A DNA stretch of 64,000 nt from an uncultured Gemmatimonadales bacterium (GCA_963739455.1 CAVUAK010000001.1:960001-1024000); one strand, 5' to 3'; shown: positions 20,371-33,395, numbered from the stretch's first letter. The notes: generated from the letters alone by a model not told the origin. A program made the numbers and translations.

Positions 20371-21819
20371 CTAGGCGCGAGCCGGCAGGGCGTCGCCGGT
20401 CGCGGGTGTGGTGGCGCGCGCGGCGCGGGCCGATAGGATGAAGTTGATTGCCATCAGCACCACGCCGGCCAGGAACAGCGTGCCACCGGCCAGCCGCATC
20501 CAGTAGAACGGGGCGAGCTTCTCGACCACGTAGGCCCACACCGGGTACCGCAACTGGCCGTTCGAGGGATCGATGGCCCGCCAGAACATCCCCTCGGTGA
20601 GTCCGCCCGCCCACATCGACACGGTGTAGAGCACGATGCCCGTCGTGGCGACCCAGAAGTGGGTCGTGACCCATTCCGGCTTGAGCAGCGGCTTGCCGAA
20701 GAGCCTGGGGAACAGCCAGTAGAGGATGGCAAAGGACAGCATGCCGTTCCAGCCCAGTGCGCCACTGTGCACGTGCCCGATGATCCAGTTGGTGAAGTGC
20801 CCGAGGCTGTTGACCGCGCGGATCGAGAGCAGTGGCCCCTCGAACGTGGCCATGCCGTAGAAGCTGATTGCCACCACCATGAACTTGAGGATCGGGTCGG
20901 TGCGCACCCGGTCCCAGGCGCCGCGCAGCGTCAGCAGGCCGTTGATCATGCCGCCCCACGATGGCGCGAGCAGCATGATGCTGAACACCATGCCGAGCGT
21001 CTGGGCCCATTCCGGCACCGCCGAGTACAGCAGGTGGTGCGGGCCGGCCCAGATGTAGAGGAAAACCAGCGACCAGAAGTGGATGATCGACAGCCGGTAG
21101 CTGTAGATCGGCTTATCCGCCGCGCGGGGCAGGAAGTAGTACATGAGCCCCAGGAAGGGCGTCGTCAGGAAGAAGGCGACGGCGTTGTGGCCGTACCACC
21201 ACTGCACCAGCGCATCGGTCAAACCGCCGAATACGGGGTAGGAACGGGTGAGGGTGGCGGGAATCTGGATGTTGTTCACGATGTGGAGCACGGCGATCGT
21301 GATCACGAACGACATGTAGAACCAGATCGCGACGTACAGGTGATCGACCTTCCTCGTGGCAATCGTGCCGAAGAAGTTGACCGCGAAGATCACCCAGACG
21401 ATGGCGATCGCCCAGTCGATCGGCCAGATCAGCTCCGCATACTCGTGCGTCTGCGTCAGGCCGAACGGCAGCGTCAGGGCCGCAGACACGATGATGAGCT
21501 GCCACCCCCAGAAGTGCAGCCGGGAGAGGGTGTCGTTCCACATCCGTGTCTTGAGCAGCCGCTGCATCGAGTAGTAGATGCCGGTGAAGCAGATGTTGCC
21601 GCAGAAGGCGAAGACCACGGCGTTGGTGTGCAGCGGCCGGAGCCGGCCGAAGGTGAGCTGCGGGATGCCCATGTTGGCGGGCCACCAGGCGAGCTCGAGG
21701 GCGATGAAGACGCCCACCAGCATGCCGACGATCGCCCACGTCACCGTGGCGATGAAGAACAGCCGGACGATGGAGTCGTCGTACGTTGTGGGCGATGCCG
21801 GCCCGGTTGCTGTGGCCAC
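20371..21819 (-). CDS. ccoN: cbb3 oxidase subunit I
   Basis: FGRLRPLHTN, QWWYGHNAVAF, WAGPHHL, GHVHSG. Confidence 0.97.
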   Translation of the reverse strand: MATATGPASPTTYDDSIVRLFFIATVTWAIVGMLVGVFIALELAWWPANMGIPQLTFGRLRPLHTNAVVFAFCGNICFTGIYYSMQRLLKTRMWNDTLSRLHFWGWQLIIVSAALTLPFGLTQTHEYAELIWPIDWAIAIVWVIFAVNFFGTIATRKVDHLYVAIWFYMSFVITIAVLHIVNNIQIPATLTRSYPVFGGLTDALVQWWYGHNAVAFFLTTPFLGLMYYFLPRAADKPIYSYRLSIIHFWSLVFLYIWAGPHHLLYSAVPEWAQTLGMVFSIMLLAPSWGGMINGLLTLRGAWDRVRTDPILKFMVVAISFYGMATFEGPLLSIRAVNSLGHFTNWIIGHVHSGALGWNGMLSFAILYWLFPRLFGKPLLKPEWVTTHFWVATTGIVLYTVSMWAGGLTEGMFWRAIDPSNGQLRYPVWAYVVEKLAPFYWMRLAGGTLFLAGVVLMAINFILSARAARATTPATGDALPARA

Positions 21820-21936
21820 GATTTGACCGCCGGATAGGGTATGATGGGTCGTGAACGCCGATAACCTGAGGGCGGCCCCCTGTAGCCATGCCCAAGACTC
21901 CGTGAAGGCTTCTTCATGCGAACTTGAGGTGGCTCG

Positions 21937-22584
21937 ATGACCTCGCTGCTGGCAGGCGCCTTCGTGGCCGGCCTCGTGGGGAGCCCGCACTGCGTAGCCA
22001 TGTGCGGTGGTTTCGCGGTGACGTGCAGCCGGACGCCGCGCGGCGCCGTCGCGTGGCACCTCGGGCGCCTGACTACCTACGCCGGCCTTGGTGCCCTGGC
22101 TGCCCTGTTCGGTCGCGTCCTTCCCGGGCCTCCCTGGGTATCAGCCGTGGTGTCGGCTGCGCTCCTCACCTGGTTCGCCGGCGCGCTCGCCGGCCTGGTG
22201 CCCGAGCCACGCGTTACGCTGCCGGGGCTGGGTGACAAGATGCAGCGGCTGCTGGCGAGCGATAGGGCCATCTCGCGCTTTGCCTTCGGCATGGCCAACG
22301 GACTCCTGCCCTGCGGGCTGGTCTATGCCGCGCTCGCACTGCCGATGGCGCTCGGCAACGCGCCGCTCGGTGCCCTGGCGATGGTGTTGTTCGGCCTGGG
22401 TACCGTTCCCGCCCTTGCTACCCTCGCCAATGGTCTCGCGCGGGTGCTCCGGCAGGGACTGTGGCCTCGTCGCCTGCTCGCGGCAGGCATGCTCATCGTG
22501 GGACTCTGGTCGATCGCGACACGGGCGGGATGGATAGGAGATGGCATGCACGGTACGACTCATCAGCACGGGACATCACCATGA
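21937..22584 (+). CDS. TauE/SafE (DsbD_2-like) membrane protein associated with cbb3 clusters
   Basis: [32 protein letters not shown]. Confidence 0.88.
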   Translation: MTSLLAGAFVAGLVGSPHCVAMCGGFAVTCSRTPRGAVAWHLGRLTTYAGLGALAALFGRVLPGPPWVSAVVSAALLTWFAGALAGLVPEPRVTLPGLGDKMQRLLASDRAISRFAFGMANGLLPCGLVYAALALPMALGNAPLGALAMVLFGLGTVPALATLANGLARVLRQGLWPRRLLAAGMLIVGLWSIATRAGWIGDGMHGTTHQHGTSP

Positions 22585-24069
22585 CCGCCACCGCGCCGCG
22601 AACGGGATCGCCGCTTCGCGCCTTCGCCGCGCAGCAACTTTCCCGTGCCGCCGGGGCGCCGCTCGTCGAGGGGAACCTCGTACGCATCCTCCGCGATGCG
22701 GCCGAGAACTATCCCGCGTGGATGGAAGCCATCGAGTCCGCCGAGCGCCTGATCTACTTCGAGTGCTACATCATCTCCGACGACGAGACGGGTCGCCGGT
22801 TTGCCGCTGCACTCGAGGCGAAGGCGCGGGCGGGGGTGACGGTGCGGCTGCTGTATGACTGGATCGGCTGCCGCGGTGAGTCGGGAGGCCGGTTCTACCG
22901 GGGGCTGCGCGAGGCCGGCGTGGAGGTACGCTGCTACAACCCGCCGAGGCTCGACAGTCCGTTCGGCTGGTTCACCCGCGATCACCGGAAAATGATCGCC
23001 GTTGATGGGCGCATCGGTTTCGTGACCGGTCTTTGCCTCAGCGCGCGGTGGGAGGGCGACCCCGCGAAGGGTATCGATCCGTGGCGCGACACCGGCGTGC
23101 AGGTCGAGGGACCGGCGCTCGCCGACCTCGAGAATGCGTTCGCCGAGGTGTGGGCCGCCACCGGGGCGCCGATTCCCCCCGGTGAACTGACGCCTCCCGC
23201 TACGATGTTGCCTCGCGGCGACGTCGCGCTGCGCGTCATTCCGACGGCACCAGCCACCACCGCGGTGTATCGCCTCGACCTGGTGATGAGCTCCATCGCC
23301 CGGAAGACACTCTGGCTCACCGACGCCTACTTCGTCGGCATTCCCCCGTACGTGCAGGCGCTCTGCCAGGCAGCGCGCGACGGCGTGGATGTGCGCCTGC
23401 TGGTGCCTGGCGGTAGTGACGTGCCCCTCGTAAGCCCCCTCTCCCGGACAGGGCTACCGCCCGCTGCTCGAGGCTGGCGTGCGGGTGTTCGAGTGGAACG
23501 GCACGATGCTGCATGCGAAGACCGCGGTGGTCGATGGCATGTGGGCCCGGGTCGGCTCGACCAACCTCAACCTCCAGAGCTGGATGGGAAATTACGAGCT
23601 CGATGTTGCGGTCGAGGACGCGGACTTTGCCCAGCAGATGGAAGCCATCTACATCGAGGACCTGGCCAACGCGACGGAGATTGTGCTGTCGAAACGGTCG
23701 CGGATCCAGCCGATCGCGCGCCCAACGGGTCGGCGATGGCGTGGGCTGCGCGAACGTGGCTCGGGCCGGGCAGCCACGAGCGCTGTTCGCTGGGCGAATT
23801 CGGTCGGAGCGGCATTGACCAGCCGGCGGGAGCTTGGCCCGGCGGAAAGTCACCTGATGCTCGGCGCGGGAGTCCTGCTGGGGGTGGTCGCCGTAGTCGG
23901 GGTGCTCTGGCCCAGGGTCATCACCATTCCGCTCGCGATAGTGGCGGCCTGGGTGGCACTCACCTCCCTGTTGCGGGCATGGCGCCTGGCCCGTGAACAG
24001 GAAATCGGCGCGGAAATCCACGCGTCCATCTCAGGTGCAACCGAGCCCCTGACGAAACGTCTCCCCTGA
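22581..24069 (+). CDS. cls: Cardiolipin synthase-like PLD enzyme, frameshifted near 23450
   Basis: Two HKD motifs ([18 protein letters not shown]), GSTNLN, C-terminal TM hairpin. Confidence 0.9.
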
Positions 24070-24180
24070 CCCGCCGCCGGACGACTCGTTACCATAGAGG
24101 TCCGGTGCGCGCTCGACCTAATCGCGTATCTCGTTCCCCCGCAGGGGGTTGTCCTGTTGTCGAGCCTTGCTCACGAGCCC

Positions 24181-26241
24181 ATGCACCAGCGTCGTTCCAA
24201 CGCTCAGTCTCGCGCCACTATCGCCCTGCTCTGCAGCCTGGTTTCGGCGGCTTGCAGCACGCAACCGGCGTCCTCGGTGGCAGGACCCACGCCGAAGCCG
24301 GCTCCGGAAGCTCCGGCGTCCACGGCGGCCAAGACCGCTCCCGCCGCGAAGCCGGCGAAGCCGCAGGCCACGCGAGCCGAGAGCACCAGGGCGTTCGCCT
24401 TGCCGGTGTGGGGCGCGTTCGACAGCGCCGTGGCGCGCGGCACGCGCACCCACACTGGTGAGCCTGGCCCAGCGTACTGGCAGCAGCGCACGGAGTATCG
24501 CCTCGAGGCCGAACTCAACCAGGTCAGCAAGCGGCTGACGGGGCGCGGCACGGTCGTCTATCACAACAACTCGCCCAACACGCTCGACACGCTCTACTTC
24601 CAGGCGTATGGCAACCTCTTCGCGCCGGACGCGAAGAGGAACACGCAGCTGCTCGCGTCGCTGGGCGGCATCATCTTCACCAAGGTCGTGGTCGAGGGCA
24701 CGTCGCTCGACTCGACCGCGCTCGGCGCCGGGTGGACAGTGTCGGGCACGATCATGACCTTGCGCCTCCCGAAGCCAGTTCTTCCCGGGCACGAGCGTCG
24801 AACTCGCGTTCGACTGGAACCTGCGCATCCCTCCCGACGGTCCCCGCGGCGGCCAGGATCGCGAGACCTACGTGCTCAGCTACTGGTATCCCCAGGTCGC
24901 CGTCTACGACGACGTGAACGGCTGGCAGATCGACCAGTACCTGGGCAACGCCGAGTTCTACATGGGCTACGGCGACTACGACGTGGCGCTCACCGTGCCC
25001 GAGGGATGGCTGGTGGCGTCCACCGGTACGCTCGAGAACCCCGACGAGGTGCTCGGCAAGGAGACCCGCGCGCGCCTGGCGAAGGGCCCGCGCCGGTGGT
25101 GCGGTGGTGAGCGTGGTGGGCGAGGGTGATCGCGGTGCAGGGAAGGCCACCGCGAAGGGCAGCAACGGCAAGCTCACCTGGCGCTTCAAGGCGGAAAATG
25201 TCCGCGACGTCACCTGGGCGACGTCCAACCTGTACCTCTGGGACGCCACGACCGCATCGGTGGGCGACCTGAAGGGCGATGGCGTTCCCGACACCACCAT
25301 GATCTACAGCTTCTACCGCCCTGACCAGCGGCGGAACGGCTGGGGCGAGAGCGCGCCGTACGCTGCCCGCTCGATCAGCATCTTCTCGCGGGTACTCTGG
25401 CCCTATCCCTACCCGCACATGACGGTGGTGGACGGTCCCTCGAGCTGCGGCGGGATGGAATACCCGATGATGACCTGCATCGGCGGCGACTGGAATGCGC
25501 GGACGCTCTTCGACGTCGAGGCGCACGAGATCGCCCACATGTGGTTCCCCATGCAGGTGGGTTCGGACGAGAAGCGGTACGCCTGGATGGACGAGGGCAT
25601 GGCGCAGTACTTCCAGTCCGTGGCCATCGACGCGCAGTTTCCCGACGCCGACGACGTGGGCGAGAACCGGCGCAACTACCTCGGCATGGCGCGCTACGGC
25701 AAGGAAACCGAGATGATGCGGAATGGCGACAAGTATCCCGACTACAACGCCTACGGCATCGCCAGCTACTTCAAGCCGGCCACGGTCCTCGTGGCGCTCG
25801 GCGGCGTCATCGGCGACTCGACGCTGATGCAGGGCATCCGCGAATACGGGAAGCGCTGGACGGATCGGCACCCGATGCCGAACGATTTCTGGAACACGAT
25901 GAACCAGGTCTCGGGCGTGGATCTCGACTGGTTCTGGCGCACCTGGTACTACGAGACCTGGAAACTCGACCAGGCAATCGACGGCGTGGTGCGCACCAGC
26001 CCCGATACCATGGCCGTCACGATCGAGAACAAGGGCAGGGCCCCGATGCCGGTGCTGCTGGTGGCCCGCGGCGCCGGCGGCACCACCACCAGCCTCGTGG
26101 TGCCGGTCGACGTCTGGCTGCATGGGCGAGAAGAAGGTCACCGTCCAGATGGCGGTGCCGAGCGACTTCACCCGGGTGGAAATCGACCCGTTGCAGCGCT
26201 TCCCCGACACCGACCAGAGCAACCAGACGTGGCCCAGGTGA
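24181..26241 (+). CDS. M1 family metallopeptidase, exported; frameshifts near 24790, 25100 and 26130
   Basis: PGPAYWQQ, WYPQVAVYDD, GGMEYPM, HEIAHMWF, WMDEG spread across three frames. Confidence 0.9.
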
Positions 26242-26442
26242 ACGCCGCGGGACGACGTATCGCGTCTCCGTCTCTACCGCCTCTGGCGCACCGCCACGAT
26301 TCTCTGCGCCCTTGGCGCAGTCGAGATCGGGGTGCTGGCCTGGCAGCGGCAGCAGCCATACCTGGCCATCGCCTGCGTGCCGCTCGTCGCCCTCGCCGTC
26401 TACGGCGCGCGCCGCGGCGGCGCGCTTCGCCGGACGCTGTAG
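26238..26442 (+). CDS. Small two-TM membrane protein, probable 5' frameshift
   Basis: Manual reading RLYRLWRTATILCALGAVEIGVLAWQRQQPYLAIACVPLVALAVYGARRGGALRRTL*. Confidence 0.45.
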
Positions 26443-26521
26443 CTGCTCCAGCCGCCCCGCGTGTGGCGGCGCATCGCGCGAATCCCGCATATTCGCTGGG
26501 TACCCCCTCCGGGAGGGTTCC

Positions 26522-26716
26522 ATGGACTACGCACCGCTTGCTGCCGTGCTGGTCACGTACGCGGTCATTGGTTGCATCCTGCTGCTCACCATCGGGGCGC
26601 TGCTCTGCTTCCCCGGTCCCTCCCGACATCCGCCGGTGCTCCGGCGCGCCGATTCACCCGGGGTCGCCGCGCGCGTAGCGTCGTGCTCGCTTTCTTCATG
26701 CGGGGCACCAACGTAG
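26522..26716 (+). CDS. Small membrane protein, 3' end uncertain
   Basis: GGAGG RBS, MDYAPLAAVLVTYAVIGCILLLTIGALL. Confidence 0.4.
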   Translation: MDYAPLAAVLVTYAVIGCILLLTIGALLCFPGPSRHPPVLRRADSPGVAARVASCSLSSCGAPT

Positions 26717-26773
26717 CTTGAAGGTCATGCCAATCGTCGTGCAGGCGTCCGGGACCCCCCAGCGTCGCGCAGC

Positions 26774-28815
26774 ATGACCAGTGTGCCCGCCTCGCCGCCA
26801 TCCGACGCGATCAACACCTTCCTGATCCGCGTGTCCATCGCGCTCCACAAGCACGGCACCTATCCGCCCGGGCATCCCGCGCTCGTGTCGGCCGACTCGG
26901 CGCTCGCCCTCTCGACCGAGGCGCTGTTTGCCGAGCGCGCCGCGCTCGGCATTGGTGTCGCGCGGCGCACCCTGCTCGTGGATGGCGTGCCGACCGACAG
27001 CACCAATGCGGTGGTGAAGGAGCTCGCCGAGCGGCTGCACCGGCGCGAGGTCGGCGGCATCATGCTGCGCCGCGGCGTCACCGCCGATGAGCTGAGCGAG
27101 GCGCTCCACCACCTGAGCGCCGACCCGACGCTGTTCCGCGAACGGCTGCACGGCCATGGCGAGCCGCTGCCGACTTGGCCCCACATCGACATCGTGCCGC
27201 CGGCGTTCCGCCGCCTGGCGCTGGCCGACGACGAGGAAGGAGCCGAGCAGGCCGACGAAGGAGCGGCGGCGCAGAAGCTGTGGCTCATGCTCGCGGCCGC
27301 CACGCTCGACCGCGGTGGCGACGACGCGATCTCGGAGGACGAGGCCCAGCCCGATCGCCTGGCCAGCCGGATCAACGCGTACGCGCGCGAGCGCCGGAGT
27401 GCCCGCGACGTGGGCGAGATGCTCGTGCGGCTCGGCCGCTACGCCAAGGGCGCCGGCGGCGTGGAGCGGCGCGCCCTCGAGGGCCAGGTGCGCTCCCTCG
27501 TGTCGCAGCTCTCGCCGCAGGCCCTCAGCTGGCTCTTCGCCGGCCAGAACCAGGAGGAACGCCGGGCGCTCATGACCGAGGCGGTCGATGCGCTGCCGGT
27601 GGACACCGTGGTGGAACTGCTGAAGGCGGCGGGGGAGTCGAACGAGCAGAACATCTCGCACTTCATGGTCCGCATGCTCCGGAAGCTCGCGGGCCAGGCG
27701 AAGGTGTCAGGCGACGCCGGCACCCAGGGCGACACCGAGCTGCGCGATGCCGCGCGCGAGATCGTGGACAACTGGACGCTCGAGGATCCCAACCCGCTCG
27801 AGCACACCCGCCTTCTCGACCAGCTGAGCCAGTTCGAGGTCTCCAAGGTGGAGGGCACCGTACCGCTCGCGGGCGAGGGCCTGCGCCTCATGCAGATCGC
27901 CGTCGAGACCAATGCCTCGGGGGATCACGTGCTCGAGGCCATCGAGCTGATGCTGGAGGCACGGGAACTCACCGCCCTGCTCGACCTGCTGGCCGGGACG
28001 ACCGACGCGCCGGACACGGTATCGCTGGCGCGGCGTCACCTGGGCTCGCCCGAGATACTCCGCCGCGTGCTGCTGGAGGAGCCGATCGATGCGGTGGGCA
28101 GCCAGCGGCTGCTCGACGAGGTCGGGATCCGAGGCCGCCGCCGGACTCGTGGATGCACTCGCCATCTCCGAGTCGCAGGGCACGCGACGCCTCATCCTCG
28201 AGCGGCTGGCCGCGATGGGCGGCGAGATCGGGCCCCTGCTCGCGGAGCGCCTGCCCCGGGTGCCCTGGTATGTGCAGCGGAACCTGCTGGCCCTGCTCGC
28301 CCGTCTCAAGACGCTGCCGCGCCGGCTTCGATGCCCGCGTCTACGCGGAAGATCCCGAGGTCACCGTTCGCTTCCAGGCGCTGAGCGTCATGGCGCGCCA
28401 GCCGAAGGGGCGTGAAGAGGCGATCCACCTGGCGCTGGCCGATGCCGATCCCCGGGTGGTGCGCCTCGGACTCGACGCGGCGGCCGGTGGCCTGCCGCGC
28501 CAGGCCGTCACCCGGCTCATGGTCCTCATCAACAACGCGGCGCGCCCGGTGGAACTCCGGCTGCGCGCGATCAAGCTGCTGGCGCAGGCGCCGACCCCTG
28601 CCACGCGTGACTGGCTGCTCGAGCGCGTCCTGACCAAGCGGACGCTCTTCCGCGGACCACGCCTCACCCCGAAGTCGCCCGAGATGCTGGCGGCGCTCGA
28701 GGTGCTGTCGCGCAAGTGGCAGGCGCACCCGCAGGCGGCGTATGCGCTCAAGCTGGCCGTGGAGAGTGGCGATCCCGAACTCGCCGCCGCCGCTGCCGGA
28801 CAGGAGGTCGCGTGA
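26774..28815 (+). CDS. HEAT-repeat protein with N-terminal YxxGHP domain; frameshifts near 28130 and 28322
   Basis: TYPPGHP, then helical repeats (PWYVQRNLLALL, DPEVTVRFQAL, DADPRVVRLGL) across three frames. Confidence 0.8.
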
Positions 28816-29997
28816 GCGCCAGGCCCGGCTACCTCATCTCGCTCGGGCAGTGCCTCGCGACGATGAACCTCTACTCCGACGGGCACCCGGCACGCGAGCG
28901 CGCGCTCGACAATTCCTATGAGCGCCTGGTGCGGTTGCTCGAGGGGCAGGAGCGCTTTGACGTCTCGTTCGTCGGCACGGAGACGGTGGTGGGCGACCGC
29001 GCGCTGAGCGATATCGGCGCGTGGGACTGGGCGCCTCGCCTTGCCGGCGTCGGGGTGGAGCGCATCGAGATCGATGTCGGGGTCACCAGCGACGAGTATG
29101 CGCGGTTCGTCGATGATATCTGGCGTCGCCTCAATGGCCGTCCCGACACCTCCGCCGAGGCTCGGCAGATGGTCGAGACATCGATTCGCTTCGGTCCGCT
29201 CCTCGTGCGCGACCTGGGCGGCGGCAACGGCGCGGCGGCGGGCGGTGCGCTCGGCATGCTGACGGGGTTCGCCAGCTCGCTCTCGCTGCAGGACGAGGCC
29301 GCGACGGTCGACTGGATTCACGGCGAGGTATCGCTGAGCGAGAAGCTGCCCGATGGGCGAGGTGGAGGCGGTGGTCCGCTCGCTGTCGGTGGCCATGCAG
29401 ATGGAGCACCGCATGCTGCTCCCGCTGCTCGACCTCAAGCGGTTCGACCAGTACACCACGACGCACGCCTGCAATGTCTCGGTGCTGGCCATGGGCCTGG
29501 CGGAGCGGCTCGGACTTGGCCGCGAGGAAGTGCGCAGCTTCGGCGTGGCGGGACTCCTGCACGACCTGGGCAAGATCAAGATCCCGAAGGAGATCCTCAC
29601 CAAGCCCGGCAAGCTGTCCGACGAGGAGCGCGCCGTCATCCAGGCCCACCCTGTCGAGGGCGCCCGCATCGTGCTGTCGCGCCAGCGCGGGCTGGGGGTG
29701 GCGGCGGTCGTGGCGTACGAGCACCACGTCTGCATCGATGGCGGCGGCTACCCTTCCTTCCGCCACGCCCGCAATTGCCACTACGCCAGCCGGATCGTGC
29801 ATGTGTGCGACATCTACGATGCGCTGTGCACCAACCGGCCGTATCGCGATGCCTGGGAACCGGAGAAGGCCCTCACCTACCTCGAGTCGCGTGCCGGTAC
29901 CGAGGTGGATACCGACATCACGCGCGTCTTCTGTGAGATGGTGCGTGGCAGCATTCCCGCGCGGCTGCCGATGGCCGACGAGCCCGCTACGGCTTGA
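28812..29997 (+). CDS. HD-GYP domain protein (putative cyclic dinucleotide phosphodiesterase), frameshift near 29352
   Basis: YTTTHACNV, LLHDLGK, KPGKL, EHH..DGGGYP, DIYDAL, RPYR. AGGAGG RBS. Confidence 0.9.
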
Positions 29998-30925
29998 AGC
30001 GCTCCACGCCGGGCGCCGGCGTCCATGGATGCTTCGGCTCGAACGTGGACCAGAGGAGCGCCGAAACTTGCCGCAGCAGGACGTAGCCCTCGTTGTCCTT
30101 CGTGTACGACGAATCCACCTGCCCCTTCGTGATCACCGAAAAGACGTAGTCTCCCGACGGCGCGTTCACGAGCACCACCTCGGAGCGCGAGTGGTCCACC
30201 GCGCCCTGCTTCGACGCCGCCTGCGTCCACGGCGGGATCTGCGACAGCGCCTCGCCGTTCCAGTAGATCCGGGTCAGCATCCGGTACATCTCCTGGTCCG
30301 CCGCCGGGCTCACCGCACGCTGCTCCCGGATCATCACCAGCAGCTCGGCCATCTCGCGCGGCGTCGTCTGGCCCCAGCCATAGGTCGAGCGCGCCGCCTC
30401 CCGGCCCGGCGTCCGCGAGTTCATCCGTGTCGAGTCGAAGCCGTGCCCCGCGAGCCAGGCATTGATGACCGTACCGGTGCCCACCAGCTTCTGCAGCCAG
30501 AGTGATGCCGTGTTGTCGCTGGTCGTGATGCTGAGCATCGCCACCTGGGCCAGCGGAATCGGCGTGCTGTCGCGCAGCTTGCCCAGCAGGTCGTCCTCGC
30601 CGGCGTAGAGCAGCGAGTCGCGATAGGTGAGCGTGTCGAGCCAGCCGAGCCGCCCATCCTCGATCTGCTGGAAGAGCGTGAGCATGATCGGCACCTTGAT
30701 CATGCTCGCGGTGGGGAACACCTCGTCGGCCCTGATGGCGGCGTACCGGCCGGTCTTCAGGTTCCGTACGTAGATCCCCACCGTACCCTGGAACGGGCCG
30801 ACGAGCTGCTGCAGCCTCGCCTCGAGCGCGGCATCCCGGGACGGCCTGGGCGCACGCTGCGCGGCGGCAGGCACCGAGATGCCCACCGCCGCGAAAGCCA
30901 GAATTCCTGCAAGAACTCTCTTCAA
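29987..30925 (-). CDS. Exported serine hydrolase, class A beta-lactamase-like fold
   Basis: FPTASMIK, SDN, TTPREM, SKQG. Confidence 0.88.
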   Translation of the reverse strand: MKRVLAGILAFAAVGISVPAAAQRAPRPSRDAALEARLQQLVGPFQGTVGIYVRNLKTGRYAAIRADEVFPTASMIKVPIMLTLFQQIEDGRLGWLDTLTYRDSLLYAGEDDLLGKLRDSTPIPLAQVAMLSITTSDNTASLWLQKLVGTGTVINAWLAGHGFDSTRMNSRTPGREAARSTYGWGQTTPREMAELLVMIREQRAVSPAADQEMYRMLTRIYWNGEALSQIPPWTQAASKQGAVDHSRSEVVLVNAPSGDYVFSVITKGQVDSSYTKDNEGYVLLRQVSALLWSTFEPKHPWTPAPGVERFKP

Positions 30926-30951
30926 GTCCTCAAGTCCTCACGCCCTCACGC

Positions 30952-30953
<2 letters not shown>
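30922..30953. repeat. Four degenerate 8-bp tandem units
   Basis: TCAAGTCC TCAAGTCC TCACGCCC TCACGCCT. Confidence 0.6.
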
Positions 30954-32426
<1,473 letters not shown>

Positions 32427-32430
<4 letters not shown>

Positions 32431-33391
32431 GATACGCTCCTTGTTGGCGCCCCATCGGGCGAAGACTTGAATGCCACGGCGGTGAAGAGCAGCGGCCCGC
32501 GGGCGTGCGGTTCCGCGGGCAGCGCCACCTGGCGCACCGCCGTGAGTTGTGCCTGGTCGAACCATTTCCGCAGCGTCGCCGCGGAGAATCCCTGCCACTG
32601 CTGGCCGAACCGCTGCCGCAGCTCCACCTGGTCGTGCGGCTGCAGGTCCACCACGAGCACGCGCCCGCCCGGCTTGAGCACGCGCGCCGCCTCCCGGATC
32701 ACCTGGCCCGGGTCGCCGGCGTAGGGCAGCACCAGGTTCAGCACCGCCACGTCGAGCGTCGCATCGGCGATCGGCAGCGACGCGAGGTCACCCTGGCGCA
32801 GCTCGACGTTGTTGAGTTCCGCGAGGCGGGTGCGCGCCACGTCGAGCATGGCGCTGGAGCCGTCCACCGCGATCACTGTCTTCACGAACGGCGATGCCGC
32901 CAGCGCGAAGTGGCCGGTGCCGCACCCGAGATCGCCCACCACCCAGGTGGGGTCCATCAAGCCGAGCAGGCCGAGCAGCTCGAAGCGCGGCGCGAACAAC
33001 TCGGTGCGCAGCTCGTCCCACTCACCCGCCGCACCCTCGAAAAAGCCCTCCCGGGCCTGTCGCTGGGCCAGCACGTGCCGCACGCGCTCCTGGTCTCGCC
33101 GAACCTCCGCCGTTCCCTCGACTTCGGCCCGAACCAGCCGCCAGAGATCCCCAGCGCTTCGGCCTGGGCCCGGGCGTTGGCGCGATAGAGCCGGCTGGTG
33201 CCATCGGCCCGGGATGTAACCCAGCCTTGGTCAGCTAAAGCCTTGAGGTGCCGTGACATAGTTGGTTGGGGAAGCTGCAGGACTTCGCCCAGATCGCCCA
33301 CGCTCAACTCCCGCGGCTCGAGCAGGAGCAGCAGGCGGGCGCGGACAGGATCCGCGAAAAGGTCGAGCTGGGGCAGCAGTGAGGTTCCCAT
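32427..33391 (-). CDS. sahR: ArsR-HTH plus SAM-binding domain regulator (SahR-like), frameshift near 33140
   Basis: [25 protein letters not shown] fused to DLGCGTG; stop overlaps the ahcY start. Confidence 0.85.
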
Positions 33392-33395
33392 CTCC

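Noticed and set aside
21820..21936. Canonical FNR or Rex site at ccoN
   Set aside because: No TTGAT-N4-ATCAA, and the palindrome spacing does not match Rex
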